From: Pyrodictium abyssi
GTDB lineage: Archaea > Thermoproteota > Thermoprotei_A > Sulfolobales > Pyrodictiaceae
Length of the DNA stretch: 32,000 bases
Reading direction: 5' to 3'
Assembly: GCF_036323395.1 (NCBI RefSeq)
Contig: NZ_AP028907.1
Span: 1,980,001-2,012,000, forward strand
Position 1 is the stretch's first letter; each line of letters begins with the position of its first letter. Positions 8,580 through 17,018 of this stretch are shown here, piece by piece. The translations under genes were made by a program, and so were the position numbers. The notes beneath the pieces were generated by a model. The model saw only the letters and a list, made by a program, of their open reading frames with translations. It was not told the DNA's origin and did not search any database.

Positions 8580-9872
8580 TTGAACCTTGACGAAGCATTA
8601 TCAAGATTCGTCGGCGAGAAGGAGGCAGCTCTCCTAAGACCCTCCGCTAGCCAGATAGGTGCAGCAACAAAGGATTACGGCTATATAGAGGTGTACGTGT
8701 ACCCTTCCCTTGACGCTGTTCTCGCTTCAGCCATAGCGGTGAACGTGTTTACCCGGAACAATGTGGGATTCTCCCTGTACTTTACCCCGCTACCTCCCAG
8801 CGAATTGGATGCTCCATTACTGCTGCTCGGATACCCGTCATCAGTAGCCCACGACATAGCGCCCCGTAAGCCCTCAGCGCTAGTAGGATTCGGCGAGATG
8901 CCACAGGGTCTGCTACCCCTGGCTGTCACGAGCGCAACATCGTCGAGTACTGCTAGCCTGCTTGCCGGCGTGCTGTCGGAGATAACGATAGTAGGCTACC
9001 CGGCGATCTACGGTATTGTAGCAGCCTACTGGCGTGGCCTTGACCTGGGTAAGCGTGGCGAGTTTGTCGGGTTTGAGAACGGCGTTATAGAGATGCTCAA
9101 GCTCGAAAACAAGGTCGAGGAACACTTCAGCCTAAGGCTGTTCAGGTGGCTATTCGAGCCCACGGAGGAGGCCCTACATTTAACACTTGACCCGTATCTG
9201 CCAGGCATAAGCGGTAAGCCGGAGGAGGCTCGCAAGCTGCTTGAGGCTGATGCGAGGCTGGCCCAGCTCCTCGGCAAGACTATGGAGGAGGCTCCAGAGC
9301 AGTCTGTAGCAGTACTCGGCGAGAAACTCTACAGTGTCCTCAAGGAGGCGAGCAGCATACCGCGTAGGCCGTCCGAGCTAATAGGCGTAGTATACTACAG
9401 CCGTGTAGCGCCCCTCAAGGACCTACGCGAGGCAGCCATAGTGCTTGCCGTGTACGGGGAAAAGCAGGGAGTAGCTCCACTATCTTCGCTTGGGCTTGCC
9501 GAGGAGCTAGTGGCGGCAGCGGCATACTATACATACACTAGGCACGTTGACGCCATAGTTGATACCGTGGAGGCTAATGCCGCCAAGAAAAGACCCCCCA
9601 TACAGAGGGCTGGCGGGTTCACGGTAGCAGTCCTAGAGCGCGTCGGTGACGCGCCGCTCCTACCGGTTGAGCGTATACTCCGTAGGCTGGGAGTAGTCAG
9701 AGAGCAGGAGATAGCAGCATACCCTATAGACAAGTCTACCGTGCTAGTCTCAATGGAGAGTCTACTTAGCCAGTACGGTATAGGAGCGGTGAAAGAAGCT
9801 ATCGAAGGCAAGTGTCTACGCTACATAGAGGGTGGTCTCCTTGGAGAGCTTCGTCTCGGGTGTCAGCCGTAG
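8580..9872 (+). CDS. Conserved crenarchaeal-type protein, possible DHH/RecJ-like phosphoesterase-superfamily member with altered active site
   Basis: YIEVYVYPSLDAVLASAIAVNVFTRNNVGFSLYFTPLP resembles the DHH motif I region (expected DHDADG); position between uS15 and pcc1. Confidence 0.5.
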   Translation: MNLDEALSRFVGEKEAALLRPSASQIGAATKDYGYIEVYVYPSLDAVLASAIAVNVFTRNNVGFSLYFTPLPPSELDAPLLLLGYPSSVAHDIAPRKPSALVGFGEMPQGLLPLAVTSATSSSTASLLAGVLSEITIVGYPAIYGIVAAYWRGLDLGKRGEFVGFENGVIEMLKLENKVEEHFSLRLFRWLFEPTEEALHLTLDPYLPGISGKPEEARKLLEADARLAQLLGKTMEEAPEQSVAVLGEKLYSVLKEASSIPRRPSELIGVVYYSRVAPLKDLREAAIVLAVYGEKQGVAPLSSLGLAEELVAAAAYYTYTRHVDAIVDTVEANAAKKRPPIQRAGGFTVAVLERVGDAPLLPVERILRRLGVVREQEIAAYPIDKSTVLVSMESLLSQYGIGAVKEAIEGKCLRYIEGGLLGELRLGCQP

Positions 9873-10206
9873 AGTAGCGATAAGTGTCAGCCTACGGGTA
9901 CACGGGGTAGGCAAGGACACGGCAAGAGCACTGGCAGCTGCAGTACGCCCTGATAACAGGACAGCACCAAGCTGGATGAGCATAACTGAGCGTGTAGACG
10001 GAGACGATCTCGTTATAGAAGTTGTAGCGGAGGTTGAGGGCGCAAGGAGAATAGGCTCAATACGCAATACTGTGGACGAGATACTGGAGTATCTCTACTC
10101 CCTTCTCAAAAGCATAGAGGAGACTACTAAGACTTTAAAGCAGCCCGGAGACACGCACGGCGGTACCGGGGCAGTGGGTAATGAGCCGCAGACCCGGCGG
10201 AACTAG
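9832..10206 (+). CDS. pcc1: KEOPS subunit Pcc1-like protein
   Basis: RRVAISVSLRVHGVGKDTARALAAAVRPDNRTAPSWMSITERVDGDDLVIEVVAEVEGARRIGSIRNTVDEILEYLYSL; immediately upstream of S3Ae. Confidence 0.8.
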   Translation: MVSLESFVSGVSRRVAISVSLRVHGVGKDTARALAAAVRPDNRTAPSWMSITERVDGDDLVIEVVAEVEGARRIGSIRNTVDEILEYLYSLLKSIEETTKTLKQPGDTHGGTGAVGNEPQTRRN

Positions 10207-10828
10207 GGATAAGTGGCGTCTCAAGAAGTGGTACGAGGTAATAGCACCACCAGTATTCGGTAACGTAAGCCTCGGCACGACCCCGGCCGACGACCCGCGC
10301 AAGCTAATCGGCAGAGTAATGGAGACAACACTGTACGACATAACAGGCGACTTCTCGCTCGTGCATGTGCACCTATTCTTCCAGATAACAGACGTGGACG
10401 AGGAGAACCTCAAAGCATTCACAAGATTCAAGGGGCACGAGCTAGCACGCGACTACATGAAGAGCCTTATAAGGAGAAAGAGCAGCAAGGTCCAGGGTAT
10501 ATACAATGTAGTAACCAAGGATGGTTACGGCCTCAGGATAACCGGTGTAGTCCTAACAACCTATAGGTGCAAGACAAGCCAGAAGAGGGCTATAAGGAAG
10601 ATAATGGGCGAGATAATAACTAAGCGCGCTGCTGAGATGACGCTAGACGAGCTCGTAAAGGCTATGCTCTTCGGGCAGCTAGCAAACGAGATATTCGAGG
10701 AAGCGAAGAAGATCTACCCGCTACGTAAGGTAGAGATCTACAAGTCGAAGCTGCTGACAGTGCCAGGTCCAGACGGCAAGCCGCAGCCAGCGGTTGTAGT
10801 GTCCCCACTAATGTTTGAGATACGCTAA
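10181..10828 (+). CDS. rps3ae: 30S ribosomal protein S3Ae (eS1)
   Basis: KWRLKKWYEVIAPPVFGNVSLGTTPADDPRKLIGRVMETTLYDITGDFSLVHVHLFFQI...TTYRCKTSQKRAIRKIMGEI. Confidence 0.95.
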   Translation: MSRRPGGTRDKWRLKKWYEVIAPPVFGNVSLGTTPADDPRKLIGRVMETTLYDITGDFSLVHVHLFFQITDVDEENLKAFTRFKGHELARDYMKSLIRRKSSKVQGIYNVVTKDGYGLRITGVVLTTYRCKTSQKRAIRKIMGEIITKRAAEMTLDELVKAMLFGQLANEIFEEAKKIYPLRKVEIYKSKLLTVPGPDGKPQPAVVVSPLMFEIR

Positions 10829-10850
10829 ACACGGTATTCCTAGCTACTCG

Positions 10851-10855
10851 TTTTT
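10851..10855 (+). terminator. Possible T-rich terminator after rps3ae
   Basis: TTTTT about 23 nt after the rps3ae stop codon at the end of a long co-oriented gene run. Confidence 0.3.
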
Positions 10856-11068
10856 ACTGCGCACGCAGCCTGCTCGGCATCTTTCTCCCAGCGGCTATAC
10901 CCCTACAGGTTCTATAGGCGCTTCAGCAGCCTGGCTGACTTGTTTCTCGAACAGCAAGGCCTATGTGTGGCAGCTACTGCGCAGGGGCTGCTGGTATAGC
11001 GTCGCCGGGTAGCCAAGAACATTAGAGGAAAGGAGTACTCCATGCCATAGCGCCTGGAGGGTTGATGC

Positions 11069-12193
11069 TTGGTAGGCCGGGATTGTAGACTATTGCTGGT
11101 CAAGACAGTCCTAGGCATGGAGCGGGTTGCTGCCAGCTATATAGCCGAAATCGACCCCGGTGCCCGTATAGAGCCGCTGCCAAGAGGGTTCAAGGGCCTA
11201 GTACTTGTCGAGGCTTCCAGGGACAAGTACGAGGTAGCCAGAGAGATAGAAGCAAAGGTGCCAGAGGCAGAGAAGGTCATAGTAGCTGAGGCATGCACCG
11301 AAGCAGAGCCGGCTAAAATAGCCGAGGCTGCCGCAGCACTAGCGCCAGAGTTCATCTCGAGCAACGAGACTTTTGCGGTCCGTACAGTGAGGCGTGGACG
11401 GCACAACTTTACAAGCATAGACGTGAACGTGGTGGTCGGCGATGCTGTTAGACGAGCTACCGGTGCCCAGGTGAACCTCCGGTACCCCGACAAGGTAGTA
11501 GCTGTGGAAATCATACAGGACCTAGCGCTCATAGCGTTCTATCCCGGGTCGCGTGAATGGCGCAAAATGAGGCCCGGTAAGTATCCCCTGTACAAGCTCT
11601 TCCGGCGCTTCTCGATAGCCCAGATGCCCTACTTAGGCCCTCTCGATGCCTGCAGAACTATGGGGGTTAGGATAGGCAGAGAGGTGCAGAACTTCGAAGT
11701 AGGAGAACTAGTCGTCTCGCCGATAGGCCTTGTAGATGCGCGCCAGCTCAGCGTGTTCCTAGAAGGGGTGTTCGAGGGTATAGAGTCCCGGTACCAGATA
11801 CAGCGCAAAAGCTATGGCAGGGATGTGCGCCAGGTACCAGTCTATGTGCAAGACCTCTATCAGCTCGTGAGAGGCCGCTACAATGAACCGATAATAGTGT
11901 TCGAGCCCGAGGGAGACCCCGCCTCTAGGCGGGCAAAAGACATACTCGAGATAGTGAAGCGCAGCAGGAGGGTTACACTGCTCTTTGGCTCTAGAGAGGG
12001 GATCCCAGAGGGCATATACCGGTTTGCAGACCTAGTCCTCGACATTGCTCCGGGAATAACGCTGTCCACAGAGTATGCGGCAGCTTCCGCGCTCATAGCG
12101 ATAGGCAGTATAATACACGATATGCTGGCGCTAGACCAGGATAGCGATAGCAATAGCGAGACCAGTAATGAGAGGGATAGCAAGGGAGACTAG
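11069..12193 (+). CDS. THUMP-domain RNA-binding protein with probable SPOUT-like C-terminal domain
   Basis: THUMP-like ...ETFAVRTVRRGRHNFTSIDVNVVVGDAVRRATGAQVNLRYPDKVVAVEIIQDLALIAFYPGSREWRK; C-terminal LLFGSREGIPEGIYRFADLVLDIAPGITLSTEYAAASALIAIG. Confidence 0.8.
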   Translation: MVGRDCRLLLVKTVLGMERVAASYIAEIDPGARIEPLPRGFKGLVLVEASRDKYEVAREIEAKVPEAEKVIVAEACTEAEPAKIAEAAAALAPEFISSNETFAVRTVRRGRHNFTSIDVNVVVGDAVRRATGAQVNLRYPDKVVAVEIIQDLALIAFYPGSREWRKMRPGKYPLYKLFRRFSIAQMPYLGPLDACRTMGVRIGREVQNFEVGELVVSPIGLVDARQLSVFLEGVFEGIESRYQIQRKSYGRDVRQVPVYVQDLYQLVRGRYNEPIIVFEPEGDPASRRAKDILEIVKRSRRVTLLFGSREGIPEGIYRFADLVLDIAPGITLSTEYAAASALIAIGSIIHDMLALDQDSDSNSETSNERDSKGD

Positions 12194-12273
12194 CGTGTCT
12201 AGTCCTTTCCGCTGGCTTCTAAGAAACATGGCCAGGGGGTGTGTGACATTCGCGCACCAGTGCTAGAAAATGA

Positions 12274-12843
12274 CTAAGCCGGTATACCCTTTGCTTTTAG
12301 CAGTCTAGCTATCTGTTTAGCTAGCAGCGGATCCCTGCGTCCAAGGTCTCTTACAAGCCGCCGGATATTCTGGACCGGGTCTGGCCTCCGTGGCTGCCTT
12401 CTACGCCTCCTAGGTATAGTTGGCTGTGGTGGCTCAATGTACTCGCTTATCTCGTTGAGCACAGCCTCGCGGGCGTCATCGAGCTTTGCAGGCGTCATTG
12501 TGGTAGAGGTCTTCTCTAGTATGGCTTCTACCTCCTCTAGCGGCTTCTCAGACTTCACGACCTCTTCTAGTTCTGACCTAACAGACTTGATAAACTCCAT
12601 ATCCTTGTCCTTCGAAGCCATGTGTATGAACGTGTTGGCTACCAGGCTTGCAAGCATAGTAGCTACACGCCTAGCTTCTCCAAGGCCGGAGTCGACGGGC
12701 TTCAGCGGAGTATACAGAGCGTCAGCAGCCGCTACTAGGGCTCTTGCACAGGCTGCAGGCTCGGAGCTCTCTCCGGTGCACGTGGACTCTACATGGTTGA
12801 TAGCGGCCTCGAATATCGACGCCATTATGTTGCGCCAAGCCAC
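12274..12843 (-). CDS. Hypothetical helical protein with polybasic linker
   Basis: 189-aa ORF; helical N-terminus; PPQPTIPRRRRRQPRRPDPVQNIRRLVRDLGRRDPLLAKQIARLLKAKGIPA tail. Confidence 0.6.
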   Translation of the reverse strand: MAWRNIMASIFEAAINHVESTCTGESSEPAACARALVAAADALYTPLKPVDSGLGEARRVATMLASLVANTFIHMASKDKDMEFIKSVRSELEEVVKSEKPLEEVEAILEKTSTTMTPAKLDDAREAVLNEISEYIEPPQPTIPRRRRRQPRRPDPVQNIRRLVRDLGRRDPLLAKQIARLLKAKGIPA

Positions 12844-12873
12844 GCCGCAGCGCCTCCACGCGCCTTGTTCTAG

Positions 12874-12888
12874 CCCCTTCAGAAGGGG
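12874..12888. promoter_or_regulatory. 15-bp palindrome CCCCTTC-A-GAAGGGG in a divergent intergenic region
   Basis: Perfect 7-bp arms around one base. Confidence 0.35.
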
Positions 12889-13019
12889 TTACACGCCGCG
12901 ACTTAGACGACACCAGAGTAGGCCTTATTTGCAGTGCGTTTCTAACCATTACGGTGTACATCTCCTAGGGCTGACCCAGTGCTGGAGTAGTGGCAGATAG
13001 GTAGCGGGGGTGACGGGGC

Positions 13020-13712
13020 TTGATGCGTATACTCATAGTATCCGACATGCATGGTTCTCTGGGAAAGGTTAAGCGCCTTGCAAGCATAAGGAGGGAGCTG
13101 ACAGTAGTGGCAGGCGATATATCCAGGTGCGGGTCCATAGAGGAGGCTAAAGCAGTGCTCGGAGAGCTTGCACGACAGTCCCCCGTAGCATGGATACCAG
13201 GCAACTGTGACAGCCCTGAACTAGTCAGAGTAAGCATAGCCAACGCCGAGTGCATACACATGAAAGTCTACAGATTCAAGGAACTAGTGCTAGCCGGCGT
13301 AGGTGGCTCAATATACACCCCGTTTGGTACCCCATTCGAGTACAGCGAGGAAGAGTACAGCGGGATGCTAGCAGAGCTAAAAGAAGAGATAAAGAAGAAC
13401 AGCAATGGTGGTAAGGTAGTACTGGTATCGCATACACCTCCATACATGAGTGGGCTAGACCGCGTAAGGGGCGGCGCATACGTCGGCAGCCCAAGCCTCC
13501 GCAAGCTCATTGCCGAGGCGCGTCCACTCCTAGTAGCTACCGGGCACATACACGAAGCATGGGGAGTTGCGAGCGTCGAGGGCGTACTAGCCGTAAACCC
13601 TGGCCCGCTCGAAGCCGGGAAATACGCCATAGTAGACATTGATCCAGCCGAGAACATGGTGCGTGTACGTCTCGCAAGGCTCACAGAGAGTCCTGCGGCT
13701 GATGAACTCTAG
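13020..13712 (+). CDS. Metallophosphoesterase (YfcE/MJ0936-like)
   Basis: RILIVSDMHGSLGKVKRLAS...VVAGDISRCG...AWIPGNCDSPE...VVLVSHTPP...LLVATGHIHEAWG. Confidence 0.88.
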   Translation: MMRILIVSDMHGSLGKVKRLASIRRELTVVAGDISRCGSIEEAKAVLGELARQSPVAWIPGNCDSPELVRVSIANAECIHMKVYRFKELVLAGVGGSIYTPFGTPFEYSEEEYSGMLAELKEEIKKNSNGGKVVLVSHTPPYMSGLDRVRGGAYVGSPSLRKLIAEARPLLVATGHIHEAWGVASVEGVLAVNPGPLEAGKYAIVDIDPAENMVRVRLARLTESPAADEL

Positions 13713-13844
13713 CCGGCGCGGAAAAAGGGGAGGCTCAGCAATCCCGGCCCTCGCTGCTAACGCTCCACATACGAAGGGGGTTCGGCGAAGAGCGCTCACA
13801 TCACAGCCTCCTCTAATGGCCATGGTGGCGGGGAGATAGCAGTA

Positions 13845-13853
13845 TATTAATTC
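13845..13853 (+). promoter_or_regulatory. TATA-like element upstream of zinc-ribbon protein gene
   Basis: tatattaat in GC-rich intergenic DNA. Confidence 0.4.
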
Positions 13854-13871
13854 TGGGCTTGGCAGCACGAC

Positions 13872-14138
13872 GTGCCCGGGGGTGCGGGAAGTATGTCGAC
13901 CTCTGGGCTCAAGGGCATAAACGCTGTCGGCCATAAGGGCTGGGTAGAAGTCAAGTGCAGGATATGCGCCAAGAAGCTAGACGTAACCCTAGACATAGTC
14001 TACGTCTGCCAGCACTGCCGCGACCGCTACGACGCATACTTTTGCACAGCGGACGCAAGACGGGTACACTACCGCTGCCCCTTCTGTGGCCGCGAGCTAC
14101 AGCCAATAACGCCGTGGATAGCCCAGAAGCGCCGCTAG
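13872..14138 (+). CDS. Small zinc-ribbon protein, unknown function (ATG 13893 is an alternative start)
   Basis: CRICAKKLDVTLDIVYVCQHCRDRYDAYFCTADARRVHYRCPFCGRELQPITPW: three CxxC pairs. Confidence 0.65.
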   Translation: MPGGAGSMSTSGLKGINAVGHKGWVEVKCRICAKKLDVTLDIVYVCQHCRDRYDAYFCTADARRVHYRCPFCGRELQPITPWIAQKRR

Positions 14139-14295
14139 CACGCGAAACCAGCACCCTGGTAGCCGCCAGGCCCTATTTTACCCGCCTCGTTAGGATGCTC
14201 CGCAGTGTACACATCCTACCCACATAGCTTAGCTGTGGCCATCAGCTACTAGGCCTGGAAGAGGAGGAGACCTAGAGCCCCAGGCACCTGGCTCG

Positions 14296-14808
14296 GTGCG
14301 CGGTGAACAGGAGATGACTGTGCCTCCAGCAGCAGAACAGTCCAAGATAGTAGAAGCCTGGAAGGGCGTTACAGAGTACTGGTACGAGGAGTTTAGAAGA
14401 GCCCTCGTTATCCGTGACACGAACGGCTGTATAGTGATATCACTAGACGTCTATAGTAGGCTTGACGCGCTCCCTCCAGAGTACCGGGTAAAAGACAGGC
14501 TTGAGACAGGCTCGCCAGTTGAAGTCCTCTATGTAGACGCATCAGCCGTAGCTGAGAGGATACATGGCGTGAAGCCAGAGAAGATAGAACTCACGGTAAT
14601 ACACACGGTGGCCGGTGGGGAGGAGCGCTACGAGGTGAGCGATGTAAGAATAACATGCTGCAACTGTAGGAACCTCGCCTACGACGATATATACCGGGTA
14701 TACAGGAGCGTGGTAGAGTTAATCGAGCAGCGTAACCCAGAAGTCAGTCCGTTAACCTCGCCGCAGCCTGTTGAGAAAGTTTACCGTACACGGCTCGCTG
14801 AGCGTTAG
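14296..14808 (+). CDS. Hypothetical protein
   Basis: 170-aa ORF in strand context; CCNC motif near the C-terminus; starts GTG 14296 or ATG 14314. Confidence 0.6.
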   Translation: MRGEQEMTVPPAAEQSKIVEAWKGVTEYWYEEFRRALVIRDTNGCIVISLDVYSRLDALPPEYRVKDRLETGSPVEVLYVDASAVAERIHGVKPEKIELTVIHTVAGGEERYEVSDVRITCCNCRNLAYDDIYRVYRSVVELIEQRNPEVSPLTSPQPVEKVYRTRLAER

Positions 14809-14900
14809 ACGGTATATCTGTTCCTCTTGCAGGCCTCAGCCCCTAGGGCATTATAAGGGGCTGTATAGCCTCCTAACCACTAGGTAAGGGACTACAAGTT

Positions 14901-16712
14901 ATGCCTATGCCGTTCTCTATACTAGCTGATACGTTCGAGAAGCTTGAAAGAGTTACAGCACGTACCCAGATGCTCCTCTACCTTGTAGAACTATTCAAGA
15001 AAACTCCTCCAGATGTGATAGACAAGGTAGTCTACTTCCTGCAAGGCAAGCTGTGGCCAGACTGGAAGGGGCTACCGGAGCTCGGCGTGGGCGAGAAGCT
15101 CCTCATAAAGGCGGCAGCTATATCGCTGCATGTGTCGGAGCAGCAGCTGGAGCAGCTAGCTAAAAGACTGGGCGATATAGGTCAAGCCATAGAGATGGTT
15201 AAAGCCGAGAAAGCGAAGAAGGCGCCAGCACCAGGCCTCCTAGCATTCATTAAGAGACAGGACAGCTCCACCGTGGGCCTTACGGTAGAAAAAGTGTACG
15301 ACACCCTAGCTAAGATCGCGCAGGCGCAGGGAGAAGGGAGCCGAGAGATAAAGCTGAAGCTGCTTGCAGGCCTCCTAGCGGAGGCTTCCCCGAAAGAAGC
15401 CAAGTACATTGCTAGGTTCGTCGAGGGTAAGCTAAGGCTCGGTGTAGGAGACGCCACGATAATGGAAGCCCTAGCGGTAGTCTATGCTGGCAGTGCCTCT
15501 ATGAGGAGCATAGTCGAGAGGGCATACAACCTTCGCGCCGATCTAGGCCTAGTGGCTAAGATACTGGCTACAAAGGGTGTGGATGAGCTCAAACACATAA
15601 AGCCCGAGGTAGGCATACCCATTAGGCCCATGCTGGCAGAGAGGCTCAATGATGCGGCGGAGATACTCCGCAAACTGGGTGGAAAAGCACTAGTAGAGTA
15701 CAAGTATGACGGTGAACGCGCGCAGATACACAAGAAAGGAGATAAGATATGGATATTCTCGCGGCGGCTAGAGAACATAACCTACATGTATCCCGATGTA
15801 GTGGAGATGGCTAGGAAGGGTATAAAGGCAAACGAGGCTATAGTAGAAGGCGAGATAGTAGCAATAGACCCGGAGACTGGCGAACTAAGGCCATTCCAGG
15901 TGCTGATGCATCGGAGGCGCAAACACGATATCCACCTAGTCCTCTCCGAGATACCAGTAGCAGTATACCTATTCGACACAATATACGTAGACGGCGAAGA
16001 CCTCACAGTAAAGCCCCTACCCAAGAGGCACGAGACGCTCGAAAAGATAATAGAACCAAGCGAGAGATGGCAGCTAGCGAAAGGCATAGTTACCGATAGC
16101 CCTGAGGAACTCGAGACATTCTTCCTCAAAGCCATAGAGGATGGCGCCGAAGGCGTCATGGCTAAGGCTATACATGACCGTAGCATATACCAGGCAGGGG
16201 CACGTGGCTGGCTATGGATAAAGTACAAGCGTGACTACAAGTCAGAGATGAGCGACACCGTAGACCTTGTAGTCATCGGCGCGCTCTACGGAAAGGGGAG
16301 ACGCGGCGGCAAATTCGGCGCACTGCTCATGGCGGCATACGACCCCGAGACAGACACATTCAAGAGCGTATGCAAGGTGGGCAGCGGCTTCACAGACGAA
16401 GACCTAGAGCGTCTAGATGACATCCTCAAGCCATACATACGCGACCACAAGCCAGCACGTGTTGACAGCCAGATGAAGCCAGACGTCTGGGTCGAGCCAG
16501 CACTAGTAGCAGAGATAATCGGCGCCGAGCTAACGCTGAGCCCTATACACACCTGCTGCTACGGCTGGGTCAGAAAAGGAGCAGGCATATCCATAAGGTT
16601 CCCACGGTTCATAAGATGGCGGCCCGACAAAGGGCCAGAGGACGCTACAACGACTAAAGAGCTGTACGAGATGTACCTAAGGCAGCTGAGGAAAGTCAAA
16701 GAAGCGACATAA
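14901..16712 (+). CDS. lig: ATP-dependent DNA ligase
   Basis: ALVEYKYDGERAQIHKKGDKIWIFSRRLENIT...VEGEIVAID...PLPKRHETLE...EGVMAKAI...GWLWIKYKRDY; 603 aa archaeal ligase architecture. Confidence 0.98.
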   Translation: MPMPFSILADTFEKLERVTARTQMLLYLVELFKKTPPDVIDKVVYFLQGKLWPDWKGLPELGVGEKLLIKAAAISLHVSEQQLEQLAKRLGDIGQAIEMVKAEKAKKAPAPGLLAFIKRQDSSTVGLTVEKVYDTLAKIAQAQGEGSREIKLKLLAGLLAEASPKEAKYIARFVEGKLRLGVGDATIMEALAVVYAGSASMRSIVERAYNLRADLGLVAKILATKGVDELKHIKPEVGIPIRPMLAERLNDAAEILRKLGGKALVEYKYDGERAQIHKKGDKIWIFSRRLENITYMYPDVVEMARKGIKANEAIVEGEIVAIDPETGELRPFQVLMHRRRKHDIHLVLSEIPVAVYLFDTIYVDGEDLTVKPLPKRHETLEKIIEPSERWQLAKGIVTDSPEELETFFLKAIEDGAEGVMAKAIHDRSIYQAGARGWLWIKYKRDYKSEMSDTVDLVVIGALYGKGRRGGKFGALLMAAYDPETDTFKSVCKVGSGFTDEDLERLDDILKPYIRDHKPARVDSQMKPDVWVEPALVAEIIGAELTLSPIHTCCYGWVRKGAGISIRFPRFIRWRPDKGPEDATTTKELYEMYLRQLRKVKEAT

Positions 16713-16768
16713 TAGCCACCTACTAGGGCGCGTATGGGCGTGTCTATGACCTCTCTCCATAATTAGGC

Positions 16769-16834
16769 CCGCTGCGGCTCTAGGTAAGTCCCTGGCTGTG
16801 AGGACTACCCGGCAAGTAGGAGCCGTAGCAGCGG
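16769..16834. other. Long imperfect hairpin in a convergent intergenic region
   Basis: CCGCTGC/GCAGCGG (16769-16775/16828-16834), GGCTC/GAGCC (16776-16780/16820-16824), AGTCC/GGACT (16787-16791/16802-16806). Confidence 0.4.
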
Positions 16835-17018
16835 CGGTGACTGTTCAGAGTTTCGCCGAGCCCCATTACAACCTCCTAGTCATAGACGCACCGTGTGCGA
16901 GAGCGGCGAGGGTCATGCCAGGGCCCCTTGGGACGCTTAGTATAAGGGGCTGCAGCTAAGGAGGAAAAGACAGGAAATCATGGGGGAGGCTGTGAAGAGG
17001 GACCCCATGTAGCAGCCT

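Noticed and set aside
10815-11012. 65-aa ORF after rps3ae
   Set aside because: No family features; overlaps the rps3ae end and a T-rich terminator-like site.
12437-13000. 187-aa plus-strand ORF
   Set aside because: Ser-rich antisense of the 12274-12843 minus-strand gene.
13700-13706. TGATGAA resembling a C box of a C/D sRNA
   Set aside because: It is at the end of the metallophosphoesterase gene and no D or D' CTGA boxes follow at suitable spacing.
16960-16995. aaggaggaaaagacaggaaat vaguely like the RNase P RNA GAGGAAAGUCC/ACAGAAA motifs
   Set aside because: Motif order and sequence do not fit and the surrounding 300 nt lack the remaining conserved regions.
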